DNA of 64,000 nt. Origin: Chlamydiota bacterium. GTDB taxonomy: Bacteria > Chlamydiota > Chlamydiia > Chlamydiales > RGXB01. Shown here one piece after another: positions 7,796-17,630 of the stretch. How positions within the stretch are numbered: position 1 is the stretch's first letter; each line of letters opens with the position of its first letter. The stretch is taken from positions 1,998-65,997 of the forward strand of contig CANLTW010000006.1 of the NCBI GenBank assembly GCA_947494155.1. The letters run 5' to 3'. The notes under the pieces are model-generated. The model was not told where the DNA came from. It saw only the letters and a list, made by a program, of their open reading frames with translations, and ran no database searches. A program made the position numbers and the translations under genes.

Positions 7796-9679
7796 ATGAA
7801 CAAACTCCAGATGGTCGATTCTTTAATACAAGAGCTAATTGATAAAACTCTCTCTTCACAGAAGAGTGAAGGGTACCTTGTCTATCCCCTTGAGTGTGAT
7901 TCCACAATCACCAGCGAAGCGATTCTTTTGATGCATGCGATCGATTTAAGAGATCTCGAACTGGAAAAAAGGCTGGCGCAGTATCTTAAAAACACTCTGG
8001 TAGAAAATGGATGGAATCGCTATCCCGAGGGACCTTACGATCTGAGCGCCTCAATCAAGGCCTACTATGCGCTTAAATGTGCTCAAGAATCCCCTCAATC
8101 CCCCTATATGCAAGCGATAGCAAATAAGATTCGACTTCATGGAGGATTAAGGGCGGCTAATGTTTTCACAAGATACACTCTAGTACAATTCGGGCAGCTG
8201 GATAAAACAGAAGCTCCATGGATGCCTGTAGAGATGATTCTTCAACCCCGCTGGTCCCCCTTTAGTGTGGAGAAATTCGCCTATTGGGCTAAAGCGGTAG
8301 TAATCCCGTTGTGCGTGACAGTGACAAGAAACTTCCGGGCAAAAAACCCCCTTCAGATTGGTGTTGAGGAGCTTCTTGTGACTAAAGACACCCCCTTTCC
8401 AAGGGGGTTAAAAGGTCTTTTTTTTCTTCTAGACAAAGCTGGCCGCTCAATAGATACCTGGATTCCACAAAAGTTGCGCCGCTTTGCAGAAAAAAAGGCC
8501 CTGGAATGGATCTTGAGACATGACAATAAAGAGGATGGATTGGGGGGAATCTATACGGCTATGGAATATGAGGTCAAAGCTCTTTTGAGTTTAGGCTACT
8601 CTCTTGAGGACCCCCTGGTTCAAAAAGCTCTAGAGGCTATTCGCAGATTGGAGGTAAGGGTGGATACCATGAGCTTTATGCAGCCCTGCGTATCGCCTGT
8701 GTGGGATACATCGATTGCCATGCATGCGCTCCGCTACCTGGTTGAACCAAACTCTACTCCCCTTCAAAAAGGGCTGGATTGGTTAAGTAAAAAACAGCTT
8801 ATAGGAATCAAGGGGGATTGGAGCCTATCGAGGCCAGATCTAAAAGGGGGAGGTTGGGCTTTTCAATACAACAACCCATTCTATCCCGATTTGGATGACA
8901 CAGCTATGTGCGCTTGGGCTATGATTGTTGTAGATGAGATGCGCTACCGAAAAAATATAGATGCTGCTCTGGAATGGCTTCTAGGAATGCAATCCAAAGA
9001 GGGGGGATTTGCCGCCTTTTCGATCGATCAAAACTTCGATTACCTAAATCTTATCCCTTTCGCAGATCATGGGGCACTTTTAGATCCCCCAACAGAGGAT
9101 GTCACAGGACGTGTCCTCTCCTTTTTTGGAGAGGTGCGTAGACGCTCCTTTTGTGCCGAGAAAAAGAATCAAGAGAAAGCAAAAAAGCAGCTAGATAAAT
9201 CGATAGAAAAAGCGATTGATTACCTCAAAAAAACCCAAAAAAAAGATGGATCCTGGTGGGGTCGATGGGGGACAAATTTTTTATACGGGACCTTTTCCGC
9301 TTTAACTGGGCTAGCACATGTGGACCAGGATATGAGCGAGGACTGGATTCAAAAAGGGTTAGCCGCACTTTTAAATCGTCAAAATCCAGATGGGGGGTGG
9401 GGAGAAACTTGCGATTCTTATAACAGCGGGGAGTATCTTTCTGCAAAAAGCTCTCTATTTCATACCAGCATCGTTTTGATTGCGCTTATTTATTGTGGGA
9501 AAGTGACCTCAAAAGAGGTGGAAAGGGGTATAGAGTTTTTATTGAGTAGAAAAGAGAATTGGAAAGATACTCATTTTAATGCTCCCGGTTTTCCCCGTGT
9601 CTTTTACCTGAAATACCACGGGTATGAAACCCTATTCCCCCTCTGGGCTCTTGGCCTGTATAGGGAAAAAAAAGGTTAA
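7796..9679 (+). CDS. shc: Squalene-hopene cyclase
   Basis: 627 aa. Catalytic DxDD motif in YPDLDDTAMCAW. Several QW-type repeats (KKDGSWWGRWGTNFLYGT, QNPDGGWGE, QSKEGGFA). Confidence 0.9.
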   Translation: MNKLQMVDSLIQELIDKTLSSQKSEGYLVYPLECDSTITSEAILLMHAIDLRDLELEKRLAQYLKNTLVENGWNRYPEGPYDLSASIKAYYALKCAQESPQSPYMQAIANKIRLHGGLRAANVFTRYTLVQFGQLDKTEAPWMPVEMILQPRWSPFSVEKFAYWAKAVVIPLCVTVTRNFRAKNPLQIGVEELLVTKDTPFPRGLKGLFFLLDKAGRSIDTWIPQKLRRFAEKKALEWILRHDNKEDGLGGIYTAMEYEVKALLSLGYSLEDPLVQKALEAIRRLEVRVDTMSFMQPCVSPVWDTSIAMHALRYLVEPNSTPLQKGLDWLSKKQLIGIKGDWSLSRPDLKGGGWAFQYNNPFYPDLDDTAMCAWAMIVVDEMRYRKNIDAALEWLLGMQSKEGGFAAFSIDQNFDYLNLIPFADHGALLDPPTEDVTGRVLSFFGEVRRRSFCAEKKNQEKAKKQLDKSIEKAIDYLKKTQKKDGSWWGRWGTNFLYGTFSALTGLAHVDQDMSEDWIQKGLAALLNRQNPDGGWGETCDSYNSGEYLSAKSSLFHTSIVLIALIYCGKVTSKEVERGIEFLLSRKENWKDTHFNAPGFPRVFYLKYHGYETLFPLWALGLYREKKG

Positions 9680-9686
9680 AATCGGT

Positions 9687-10709
9687 TTAGCGAGAAATTT
9701 TTATAGGGGCGACATCCCCCTTAAATGGTTCATAAAGTTGCACAAGCTTTAAAAAAAGATGCTCAGTGATCTCTTTATGCATGCAATCTTTGTCCTCAAT
9801 CGAAAGAAAAGGGGTAAAGTCAAAACGTTCCCCAATCGCTACTTGTAGTTTACCTCCTTGAGTCCAACGCCTTTCCCCGAGCTCTTTTTGTATCGAAAGT
9901 GGGGGAGGGAGGATATTGAAGCTTGAAATGGCGAGTGGGAAAATATGGGTCGGTTTTTTTGCAGTTTGACTTAAGAGGGTAAATAGACCCACGCTGCTAG
10001 GGTCAAACGGGGTGAGTTGTACATAGCCATTTTGATCGAGGCGATCTCTGCCTCCACCCAAAGCTACATAAAAACAGGCGCCACCACCATTGAGGATCTC
10101 TTTCATCTGTTTGATTGCTTTCAGATTGTGCATCCTGCGTTCAGTTTCGATCTCCTTGTTTTCGCTAACATATCTTTTTGCATAAATACAAAAGAGCCTT
10201 CGTCCTCGAGAAAAAGGGGCTGCCATAGGATCGGTTGTCACCCGTTCTCCCGCAACAAAAAAGGTGTTTTTGAATAGATCCTTAACCACGCTATCGCATG
10301 CGATGCTGAGAATTTGGGGCTCAAGCTCCGTTTGGTGGTTGGCAGCAAAAATCACATTCTCCCCTTTATCTAGAAGAGCTTTGACTGCTACAAGATTTTC
10401 AGGATTTAAAATTTTTGGCTCACCATGAATCAATGGGGTCGCTATCTTCAGACCCATGTCGTATAGGTGGGTATCCTCCTCTTTAGGAATGTGCACAGAT
10501 TGAAAAGGGTAGGGGGAATGGAACTGCTTTTGAACAGCCTCATAAAGGGTGAGCATAATCTGTGTTGTGTGTTCAATCGGAATCTTTTTTTCCTGGCTTA
10601 TCTTAAAAAAACATTCGATAAACTCGAGGAAATTCTCCTTAAACGGTTCCCCGAGATCGGAATGTAAAAGCATCGGGTACAAACGATTATTTTTTAGAGG
10701 CACTCGCAC
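9687..10709 (-). CDS. Glycerol-3-phosphate acyltransferase, plant ATS1-like soluble type
   Basis: Acyltransferase block I variant FAANHQTELEP (compare NHQSEADP) and block GGGRDR. An alternative ATG at 10673 would remove the overlap with the upstream gene. Confidence 0.75.
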   Translation of the reverse strand: MRVPLKNNRLYPMLLHSDLGEPFKENFLEFIECFFKISQEKKIPIEHTTQIMLTLYEAVQKQFHSPYPFQSVHIPKEEDTHLYDMGLKIATPLIHGEPKILNPENLVAVKALLDKGENVIFAANHQTELEPQILSIACDSVVKDLFKNTFFVAGERVTTDPMAAPFSRGRRLFCIYAKRYVSENKEIETERRMHNLKAIKQMKEILNGGGACFYVALGGGRDRLDQNGYVQLTPFDPSSVGLFTLLSQTAKKPTHIFPLAISSFNILPPPLSIQKELGERRWTQGGKLQVAIGERFDFTPFLSIEDKDCMHKEITEHLFLKLVQLYEPFKGDVAPIKISR

Positions 10710-12225
10710 TCCCTTTTGGTGTTGCTAAATGAAAATCATTCAGGTGCAGTTCGTTGTTGGTTTTAAAAGTAAGCTTAATAGACTCTTTTTTAGCGAATTT
10801 GTCCAAAAAGTCTTTGTCTTCACCATCAAGATAACGGTCCAAATCGGGGTGGGTTGTCACCTCAACACTCCCTTTGACCCCATCCATAACAAGCTTTTTG
10901 ATCGCCCTCTCTAATTCAATAGAGGCGGTTTCATGGCTTTGGATGGTTCCTTGTCCATTACAGTAGGGGCAGGGGCACATCAAGGTTTGGATGAGCGATT
11001 CTTTGTTGCGCTGACGAGTCATCTCCACCAGACCAAATTCAGACATGCCTAAAACGGTGCATTTCGCAGAGTCTTCTAAAAGAGCATCCTTAAGGGTCTC
11101 AAGTACCCTTTTTTGATTCTTTCTCGAGCGCATATCAATAAAGTCGATCACGATAAGACCCCCGACATTGCGGATGCGGAGTTGGCGCGCGATTTCTAGG
11201 GCTGCATCTTTGTTGATTTGGACAAGTGCCTCTTCGACATCTTTAGTCTCGATGTCACTTGTGCTGCGACCCGAATTGACGTCAACGGTTTGCATCGCCT
11301 CGGTGCGATCAAAATAGAGGTAGGCACCGCTCTGCAACCAAATCTTTCTTTTTAGAGCCTTTTCGATCTCCTTATCGACTCCAAACCGCTCAAACATTGA
11401 GAGCTTATCCCGGTAGTACTCGATCTTCAATACCTGGTGATCCGAGTGGCGCGAATAGAGTTTTTTTAACTCATTGTAGGTGGGATAATGATCGACCAAG
11501 ATCCTCTCATAGCCCTTATCCATCGCCGTAAGTAGCACTTTTTTGGTGATGTCCGACTCGCGATAAAGGCAAGTGGAGCTTTTTGCCTTGTGGTAGTTTT
11601 CGATAATTTCATCAAAGGTATTGATCAGCTCTCTCACCTCGTCAATTAGCTGATCGGTGGTCGCTTTGGTGCTTGCTGTTCGGCAGATAAGACCCATTTT
11701 GGAGGGGAGCTCAAATTTTTCGATGATCTCTTTGAGTCGATTGCGAACCGGCTGTTCTTTGATTTTTCTCGATACGCCCCTAAGCGGAGAGTTAGGTAAT
11801 AAAACAAGATAACGACCCGCAATCGATATGTTCGATGTTAAGCGCGCTCCCTTCGAGCCGATAGGGTCTTTAACGACCTGGACAAGGATATACTGGTCTA
11901 ATTTGAAGTGGGAGGAGATGTCCCCGTCCTCGACAGCTTTTTCGCCTTTGAAGTCGAAATCGATTTCAAACATCTCTTGCAGCTTTTGGGAGTTTTCAAT
12001 GACGTCGGAGATGTGGATGAAACCGTTTTCGTTTTCATTGATGTCCACAAAGGCGGATTGGATGTTTTTGAGGATGTTGGTGACTTTACCCTTGTAGATA
12101 TTACCAGAGATGAGTCTATTCTTTTTTCGCTCGATGTTGAGCTCGATAAGCTTTTTTTGATTCATGCGCGCAATACGCGTCTCTTTTGAATCTACGCTTA
12201 CCATAATCTCTTTGGAATCTTTCAT
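10687..12225 (-). CDS. rng: Ribonuclease G/E family endoribonuclease
   Basis: 512 aa. S1 domain GNIYKGKVTNILKNIQSAFVDI. Catalytic-core motifs VDVNSGR and IVIDFIDM. Zn-link-like CPCPYCNGQG. Confidence 0.85.
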   Translation of the reverse strand: MKDSKEIMVSVDSKETRIARMNQKKLIELNIERKKNRLISGNIYKGKVTNILKNIQSAFVDINENENGFIHISDVIENSQKLQEMFEIDFDFKGEKAVEDGDISSHFKLDQYILVQVVKDPIGSKGARLTSNISIAGRYLVLLPNSPLRGVSRKIKEQPVRNRLKEIIEKFELPSKMGLICRTASTKATTDQLIDEVRELINTFDEIIENYHKAKSSTCLYRESDITKKVLLTAMDKGYERILVDHYPTYNELKKLYSRHSDHQVLKIEYYRDKLSMFERFGVDKEIEKALKRKIWLQSGAYLYFDRTEAMQTVDVNSGRSTSDIETKDVEEALVQINKDAALEIARQLRIRNVGGLIVIDFIDMRSRKNQKRVLETLKDALLEDSAKCTVLGMSEFGLVEMTRQRNKESLIQTLMCPCPYCNGQGTIQSHETASIELERAIKKLVMDGVKGSVEVTTHPDLDRYLDGEDKDFLDKFAKKESIKLTFKTNNELHLNDFHLATPKGSASASKK

Positions 12226-12465
12226 TGCAACGCCTGAAAAGAAATTTCTTTAGGAGGATTCCATTCAAGAATTGCAAACCTCTAAAAGGTCAAAAGTTCA
12301 AGAAGGGAGATCCTCTTTTATAAGGCTTTGGGAAAAAGCGACCGAATTTTAAAAGGGGAGTACTTTTTCGAAAATACTCTATCAAGGGGATTGTGTGGAG
12401 GAATAAAGGGTATTTATCGAAAAAACTTCTAAAAAAACGTGGGCGCTTCTCCCATACAAAAAAGA

Positions 12466-12651
12466 CTAAGCGGTTTTAGCTTCTTTAAAAACGCTCTTTC
12501 CGTTGTAATGGCCACAGGAAAGACACATTCTGTGGGATTTTTTGTGTGCTTTGCAGTTGGGGCACTCAACTAATTGGACGGGCTTGAAAGCATGCTCGGT
12601 TCTTCTTTTGAGTGTTCTAGATTTAGACATTCGATTGCGTGGTACTGCCAT
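12466..12651 (-). CDS. rpmF: 50S ribosomal protein L32
   Basis: MAVPRNRMSKSRTLKRR... with zinc-ribbon cysteines CPNC...CLSCG. The internal ATG at 12651 gives the canonical MAVP N-terminus. Confidence 0.9.
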   Translation of the reverse strand: MAVPRNRMSKSRTLKRRTEHAFKPVQLVECPNCKAHKKSHRMCLSCGHYNGKSVFKEAKTA

Positions 12652-12667
12652 GGTATACTCCAAAACT

Positions 12668-13117
12668 TTAAGTTAGACTATCGAAAGGGGATGAGGATAG
12701 TCTTTTACGCTTTAAAAAATTTTCTACTTCGTTGCGCTCAATACAAGATCCGCTGTTGCATTCGACAATATCGAAAGCTTCCACCAGGAAAAGGTTTCTT
12801 ATTAGAGTGGTAAGGTCTACCTTATATCCCTTGATGTCATCGAGCGGCATCACCTCGCTTGCTTGAAAAACTTCAATCAAGGAGACAAGCATTTTATTGC
12901 AAATTCTGCAGGGGTTTTTTTGTTCACCCCGAATGTCCGCTCGGACAAGAAGAGATTCACCTACTTTTTGAACCTCAAGCTTGTAATCGATTACGCTAAA
13001 TTGTTTTGTCTCAGAGGGATCCAATGCGAGACTTGCGGGTGGCAGTACCCCTTTTAAAGTACACTGCTCTCCACCTTCAAGATTTCTTAAATCGATTAGT
13101 ACCTGTTCTGAGGACAT
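12668..13117 (-). CDS. yceD: YceD/DUF177 family protein (usual upstream partner of rpmF)
   Basis: 149 aa located directly upstream of rpmF. It has the central CRICNK motif and a C-terminal Cys cluster. Confidence 0.65.
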   Translation of the reverse strand: MSSEQVLIDLRNLEGGEQCTLKGVLPPASLALDPSETKQFSVIDYKLEVQKVGESLLVRADIRGEQKNPCRICNKMLVSLIEVFQASEVMPLDDIKGYKVDLTTLIRNLFLVEAFDIVECNSGSCIERNEVENFLKRKRLSSSPFDSLT

Positions 13118-13193
13118 AAAAACCTGTTCCCAGAGTATACCGACTTTCTAGATAAAATGAAAGATAAGATCTTATGATGGGGGAATCTCTTTT

Positions 13194-14318
13194 TTAGCTC
13201 TCGTTGAAGGCTCTGGAAAAAGGGGTGTTTTCAACAATTTTTTTCACAATTTCATGGTTGGTGTGGGAGGTGAGTATCTCGTGATGCAAAAGAGAAAAAG
13301 GGATAGGCTGAGGGTTGTTAAGAGTTTTTTTCATCGCCGCGACAACCTCTTTAACCGAAGTGAAAGGGTGGATTAGCTCTATAAAAATCTCTTTATTCGC
13401 GAGGAGATTCGGTAGGGCAAAAAACGGGACCTGCATTTTAGCTAGTTTTGCAGCTATTGCATCTATAAGGGGGATTTTATACGTCACAACTGTGGGGATA
13501 CTTAACAAAGCCAGCTCTAAGGTGATCGTACCCGAAGTGGCTAGCGCCAGCACCGTTTTGGCTAAGATTTTTTGTTCGGGCATTTTATCGACGGTATCGA
13601 TGCCAGGTGCTAACGTCTCAATCTCTTTTTTTAGCGTTGAGCAGGCAACACTTACAACGATTTTATAGGGGAATTTTTTAGCCGCTGCAAGCTGTAGGGG
13701 GAGATTTCGTTTGATTACTCTTTTCCTTGAACCAGGAAAAATAAGGAGAATATTTTGCTCGATGGGATCTTTTTTTACGGGTTGATAGGACTGAAAGGGG
13801 TGGCCAATCCATAAAGAGGGGAGTCTTGTGTCTGAAAATAGGGGGCTTTCAAATCGAAATAAAGGCAATAAAAGATCAAACGTATTAGCTATGCGCGGCT
13901 TTCTATTTGGCCTGTAGGCCCATATCGGGGGGCAAACGGCGTGCACAAACTTAGCTTTGCATCCCCTTTTTTTTAAATCCTCAACAAGAGGTAGGTGGAA
14001 AGAGGAGGAGTCGATGGTTAAAACAAGAGAAAAATCATTTTCAAGAATCCTTTTTTTGATCCTTTTTTGCATATTCAGAATACGCCCAATAGAAAAGACC
14101 ACGTCAATAAGGCCCATAATCTTCAGTTTGTCAGAGGTTTCGAAGAGATGGATCCCCTCTTTAGGGTAAGTGCTAGATACAACCCCCTCAACATACATAT
14201 CGGGAAAAGCAGACCTTAGGGGAGTTAAAAGGCGCTGCAAAATTGCTTCCGCGCTCTGCTCTGTAGTCAAGACAAAAACCCTTAAAGGTTTTAACTCTTG
14301 AGGTGTTCGCTCATCCAT
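13194..14318 (-). CDS. lpxB: Lipid-A-disaccharide synthase
   Basis: 374 aa with GT-B architecture. Motifs LLIFPGSRKR and ATSGTITLELALL match LpxB conserved blocks. Confidence 0.8.
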   Translation of the reverse strand: MDERTPQELKPLRVFVLTTEQSAEAILQRLLTPLRSAFPDMYVEGVVSSTYPKEGIHLFETSDKLKIMGLIDVVFSIGRILNMQKRIKKRILENDFSLVLTIDSSSFHLPLVEDLKKRGCKAKFVHAVCPPIWAYRPNRKPRIANTFDLLLPLFRFESPLFSDTRLPSLWIGHPFQSYQPVKKDPIEQNILLIFPGSRKRVIKRNLPLQLAAAKKFPYKIVVSVACSTLKKEIETLAPGIDTVDKMPEQKILAKTVLALATSGTITLELALLSIPTVVTYKIPLIDAIAAKLAKMQVPFFALPNLLANKEIFIELIHPFTSVKEVVAAMKKTLNNPQPIPFSLLHHEILTSHTNHEIVKKIVENTPFSRAFNES

Positions 14319-15016
14319 TTAGCGCCCTCTAAAAATATGTGATCCGGCGTTCCATGTCCGTACATGCCGATCGAAGGGAAAACGTGGAGCTCGATGGGGA
14401 TGTTTCTTTTTTGTTCTTTTACTTTAAAGTAGAGTAATTCCTGGTAGAGATGGAGTGTTTTTGATGTCGATACCCTCTCATCGTTATTGCCGATGGAAAA
14501 GTAAAGTGGGCAATCTTTCAAAAACGCAGCATGACAAGATAGTTTATAGAAATCGAGAAAAGGGTCTGAAAACTGTTGATTTTGCCAAAGCCAGGAGTAG
14601 TCTAAATCATGCATCGTAGAGAAGAGGGCGATAGGGGAGGGCAAACCACGTTGAATAGCTAAAAAAGCGGCAATAAAAGCTCCACGAGAGATACCCATGA
14701 ACCCTAATGGGGCTTTTGGATCCAGGTGTTGATCAATCCAAAAACTCACCTGTTGCAAAAAGGGGGCTAAAGGATCGGTGTGCGTTTCAAACATTTGTTG
14801 GGTCCATCGCTGAACTCCATCAAAAGAGGGGATCTCGTCATTGTGTAGGGGCAAATCAAATGAGATAACTCGGATATTGTACTGGTTTAAAAAAACGGCA
14901 GGATGGCACAGGGGAGGGCTTTGTAAAGCCTCCTTAGCTGTTGTGGTAAAAAAAATTACAGTGGGTTGGAGCTGTTGAGGATGAGAAGGCTCTAAAATAC
15001 GATGGTTAAGGATCAT
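14291..15016 (-). CDS. Alpha/beta-hydrolase fold protein (esterase/dienelactone-hydrolase-like)
   Basis: Nucleophile elbow GISRGA (G-x-S-x-G) and C-terminal His in YGHGTPDH. The ATG at 15016 lies 2 nt after the pcnB stop. The 3' end overlaps the lpxB start. Confidence 0.5.
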   Translation of the reverse strand: MILNHRILEPSHPQQLQPTVIFFTTTAKEALQSPPLCHPAVFLNQYNIRVISFDLPLHNDEIPSFDGVQRWTQQMFETHTDPLAPFLQQVSFWIDQHLDPKAPLGFMGISRGAFIAAFLAIQRGLPSPIALFSTMHDLDYSWLWQNQQFSDPFLDFYKLSCHAAFLKDCPLYFSIGNNDERVSTSKTLHLYQELLYFKVKEQKRNIPIELHVFPSIGMYGHGTPDHIFLEGAKWMSEHLKS

Positions 15017-15017
15017 T

Positions 15018-16187
15018 TTAGTACTTTTTAAGCGCCTTTTTCCAAGGTTCATGAATCGACTTTAAAAGAGGATTGTAAAGGCTTTCCAAGTATAAAAAAT
15101 CCACTGCCAGATGAAAATCGGAGATGCGTGGTATTTTTACCCGCACAGGTTTTTGAGGCTGAGGACGGAGGCGAAATTGGCTCGTGAGTACCATAGCAAG
15201 AGTCCCCACAATTCTTTTTGGGATCTCAAGAAAAGGGGAAAAAAATTCCTCAATGATGAAATAGGCCTCATTTTCGATACGGCCTAAATGGAAAGGGGAG
15301 CCCTCTTTTTGCAAAATCTGGATATGTCGTTCAAAAATCGGAAATACAAGAGCAGCAAGTAAAACTATCCTATCAAATTTTTGAGTCGATTTTTTGTGGA
15401 CTTTATCGGCAATTTCCAAAAGGTTGAACACGATATTTTTTTCGGCGAGCTCACAGTAGGCGGAAAGGGTAGGGATAAGGTGCTGCAAAAGGCCTGCGTC
15501 TGTGAGTTTATGGAAAAAGGGGTGGGAAAATCCCGATTCGAGCATGCGCAGTAGTTCTTCCAGTACTCGAGCAGGGGCACTTTTTAAAATTTCGGCTCGG
15601 CAGTCGAGAAGCGCTAGGTGCGCCTGAGGGCAAACGTCCAAATTAAAGCGGGCCTGAAACTTGACAAGGCGAATCATGCGCACCGGATCTTGTTTGAAGC
15701 GTACATGTGGTGTTCCGATCACGCGTAAAAATTTTTTCTTGGCATCATCAAAACCATGGACATAATCGATCACGGTCTCATTCGAGGGGTCAAAAAAGAG
15801 GCCGTTGATGGTAAAATCGCGACGTAGGGCATCCTCTTCGGGTGAGCCAAACTCGTTATCCCTGACGATAAGATCTTCGGTTTGTGGATCACCGCTGCGA
15901 AAAGTCGACACCTCGATGATTTTCTCGTCAAAACGGACATGCGCTAACCGAAAACGGCGCCCAATAATATAGCAATTTTTGAAAATTCCTCGGATCTCCT
16001 CCGGTCTTGCCGAAGTTGAGACATCGAAGTCCTTTGGGGTTACGCCCATAAGGAGGTCTCGTACCGAGCCCCCCACAAGGTAGGCGGTATGTCCTGCCTG
16101 CTGTAATTTTCTAATCACATACAGGGCATCCTTATCTACGCCCTCTATGGGGATGCTGTGATTTTCTTTTGTGTAGACCTGTTTCAC
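15018..16187 (-). CDS. pcnB: Poly(A) polymerase I / tRNA nucleotidyltransferase family
   Basis: Motifs YLVGGSVRDLL, DFDV and GRRFRLAHV are typical of PcnB-type enzymes. Confidence 0.8.
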   Translation of the reverse strand: MKQVYTKENHSIPIEGVDKDALYVIRKLQQAGHTAYLVGGSVRDLLMGVTPKDFDVSTSARPEEIRGIFKNCYIIGRRFRLAHVRFDEKIIEVSTFRSGDPQTEDLIVRDNEFGSPEEDALRRDFTINGLFFDPSNETVIDYVHGFDDAKKKFLRVIGTPHVRFKQDPVRMIRLVKFQARFNLDVCPQAHLALLDCRAEILKSAPARVLEELLRMLESGFSHPFFHKLTDAGLLQHLIPTLSAYCELAEKNIVFNLLEIADKVHKKSTQKFDRIVLLAALVFPIFERHIQILQKEGSPFHLGRIENEAYFIIEEFFSPFLEIPKRIVGTLAMVLTSQFRLRPQPQKPVRVKIPRISDFHLAVDFLYLESLYNPLLKSIHEPWKKALKKY

Positions 16188-16273
16188 GTTCCGCCGGGTT
16201 TAAGCCCTAAAAATAGATAAAAAATCTTTAACCCCACTTGCAAGGGATTTGTTCATCGATTAGGATAACTTGA

Positions 16274-17494
16274 ATGAAGAATTTAGTAAAGACGATGCAA
16301 AATGGGATAGATATAATTCATTCCATTTTTTTAATAACCGGCACGGCTGTGGGGGCCGGAATGATAGCTCTTCCTGTTGCAACATCCGAAGCCGGTGTTT
16401 TAGGTTCCATTTTTTTGTATGTAATCTGCTGGTTTTTTTCTGTTTGTTCTGGCCTTTTTTTTGTAGAGGGGCTTGCTTGGATGCAAAAAAAGGGGAATCT
16501 TTTATCTCTATCTAAGGAATTTTTGGGTTGGACCGGCTATTTTGTGGTGGGCTTTTTCTACGTTTTATTCTTTTATTCCCTTCTGATTGTGTATATTTCG
16601 GGCTCAAGCTCTATCATCCAGAGCGCTCTTCCCTCCATTTTTCCCGCTTGGCTTGCCCCGGCTGTGATTTCGATTATCATCGCACATGTCGTTTATTTGG
16701 GGATGAGGGGGGTAAGTCGTGTGAATCTTCATTTAATGCTGGGTCTTATCACAACTTTTATAGGTTTTTTATGGGTGGGTTCGGAAGAGTTTAAATTTGA
16801 ATTTCTCTATAAGGGGAGTATAGTCCAGTCTTTAAGCGCTATTCCCCTGGTGTTTACCGCCTTCACCTACCAGGGAATAATACCAAGCATCTATTATTTT
16901 CTTGAGAGAGATAAGAAACGAACCAAAATCTGTATTTGGATTGGTGCCACTATTCCTCTTGTTGGATATATCCTTTGGGATATCCTTATTAAGGGAGTGA
17001 TCCCTTTGCATGGACCTGATAGCCTCGGGGAAGCAAAACTTTTAGGTCAATCTTTAATGGAACCTCTAAGCTACCTACTACCCGGATCTTCTATAGAGAT
17101 ATTAGGTATATGGTTCGCCTTTTTCGCTCTTGTCACCTCTTTTTTGGGGGTCACTCTCTCTTTGGTAGATTTTCTTTACGATGCCCTGGAGTGGGATGAT
17201 ACGACATCGAACAGAACTTTGATTATTCTCTTGGTCACGATCCCGCCGACTTTGGTCGCGATCATAAATCCGAATATGTTCCTGTTCCTTATTGGGGCTA
17301 TTGGGGCCCTATTTTGTGCGGTCTTATTTTCTTTAGTCCCTGCTTTAATAGTTGCAAAGGGAAAGTACGTGCATGGATATGAATTGGGATCGAGGCTTTT
17401 AACCCACTGGGCCCCTTTAATATTATTTTTTATTTTATGCTTTTTGGTTATTTTTTTCGAACTTAATGATCTAGCTACAAGTTTCTTTTTGTAA
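16274..17494 (+). CDS. tyrP: Aromatic amino acid permease (HAAAP family, TyrP/Mtr-like)
   Basis: 406 aa, polytopic. N-terminal motif ITGTAVGAGMIALPVA is characteristic of the Tyr/Trp-specific transport family. Confidence 0.75.
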   Translation: MKNLVKTMQNGIDIIHSIFLITGTAVGAGMIALPVATSEAGVLGSIFLYVICWFFSVCSGLFFVEGLAWMQKKGNLLSLSKEFLGWTGYFVVGFFYVLFFYSLLIVYISGSSSIIQSALPSIFPAWLAPAVISIIIAHVVYLGMRGVSRVNLHLMLGLITTFIGFLWVGSEEFKFEFLYKGSIVQSLSAIPLVFTAFTYQGIIPSIYYFLERDKKRTKICIWIGATIPLVGYILWDILIKGVIPLHGPDSLGEAKLLGQSLMEPLSYLLPGSSIEILGIWFAFFALVTSFLGVTLSLVDFLYDALEWDDTTSNRTLIILLVTIPPTLVAIINPNMFLFLIGAIGALFCAVLFSLVPALIVAKGKYVHGYELGSRLLTHWAPLILFFILCFLVIFFELNDLATSFFL

Positions 17495-17568
17495 GAAACT
17501 ACCTTTATTAAAAAAGAGAATGTTCTTAATTGCGATATAAATACCAAAACTGGCAAGAAGAGAATCAT

Positions 17569-17600
17569 CCACCCTTTTAGTTTATAAAAGGGGTGTTTTT
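17569..17600 (+). terminator. Rho-independent terminator downstream of tyrP
   Basis: CCACCCTTTTA-gttta-TAAAAGGGGTG stem (one bulged G) followed by TTTTT. Confidence 0.6.
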
Positions 17601-17630
17601 GCCATTGGATGGCCCAATTGTAAGGAAAGT

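Noticed and set aside
12226-12465. 240-bp gap between rpmF and rng examined for plsX remnants, an sRNA or a terminator
   Set aside because: It contains no ORF remnant and only a 4-5-bp stem before a T7 run near 12440-12460. The evidence is too weak to call.
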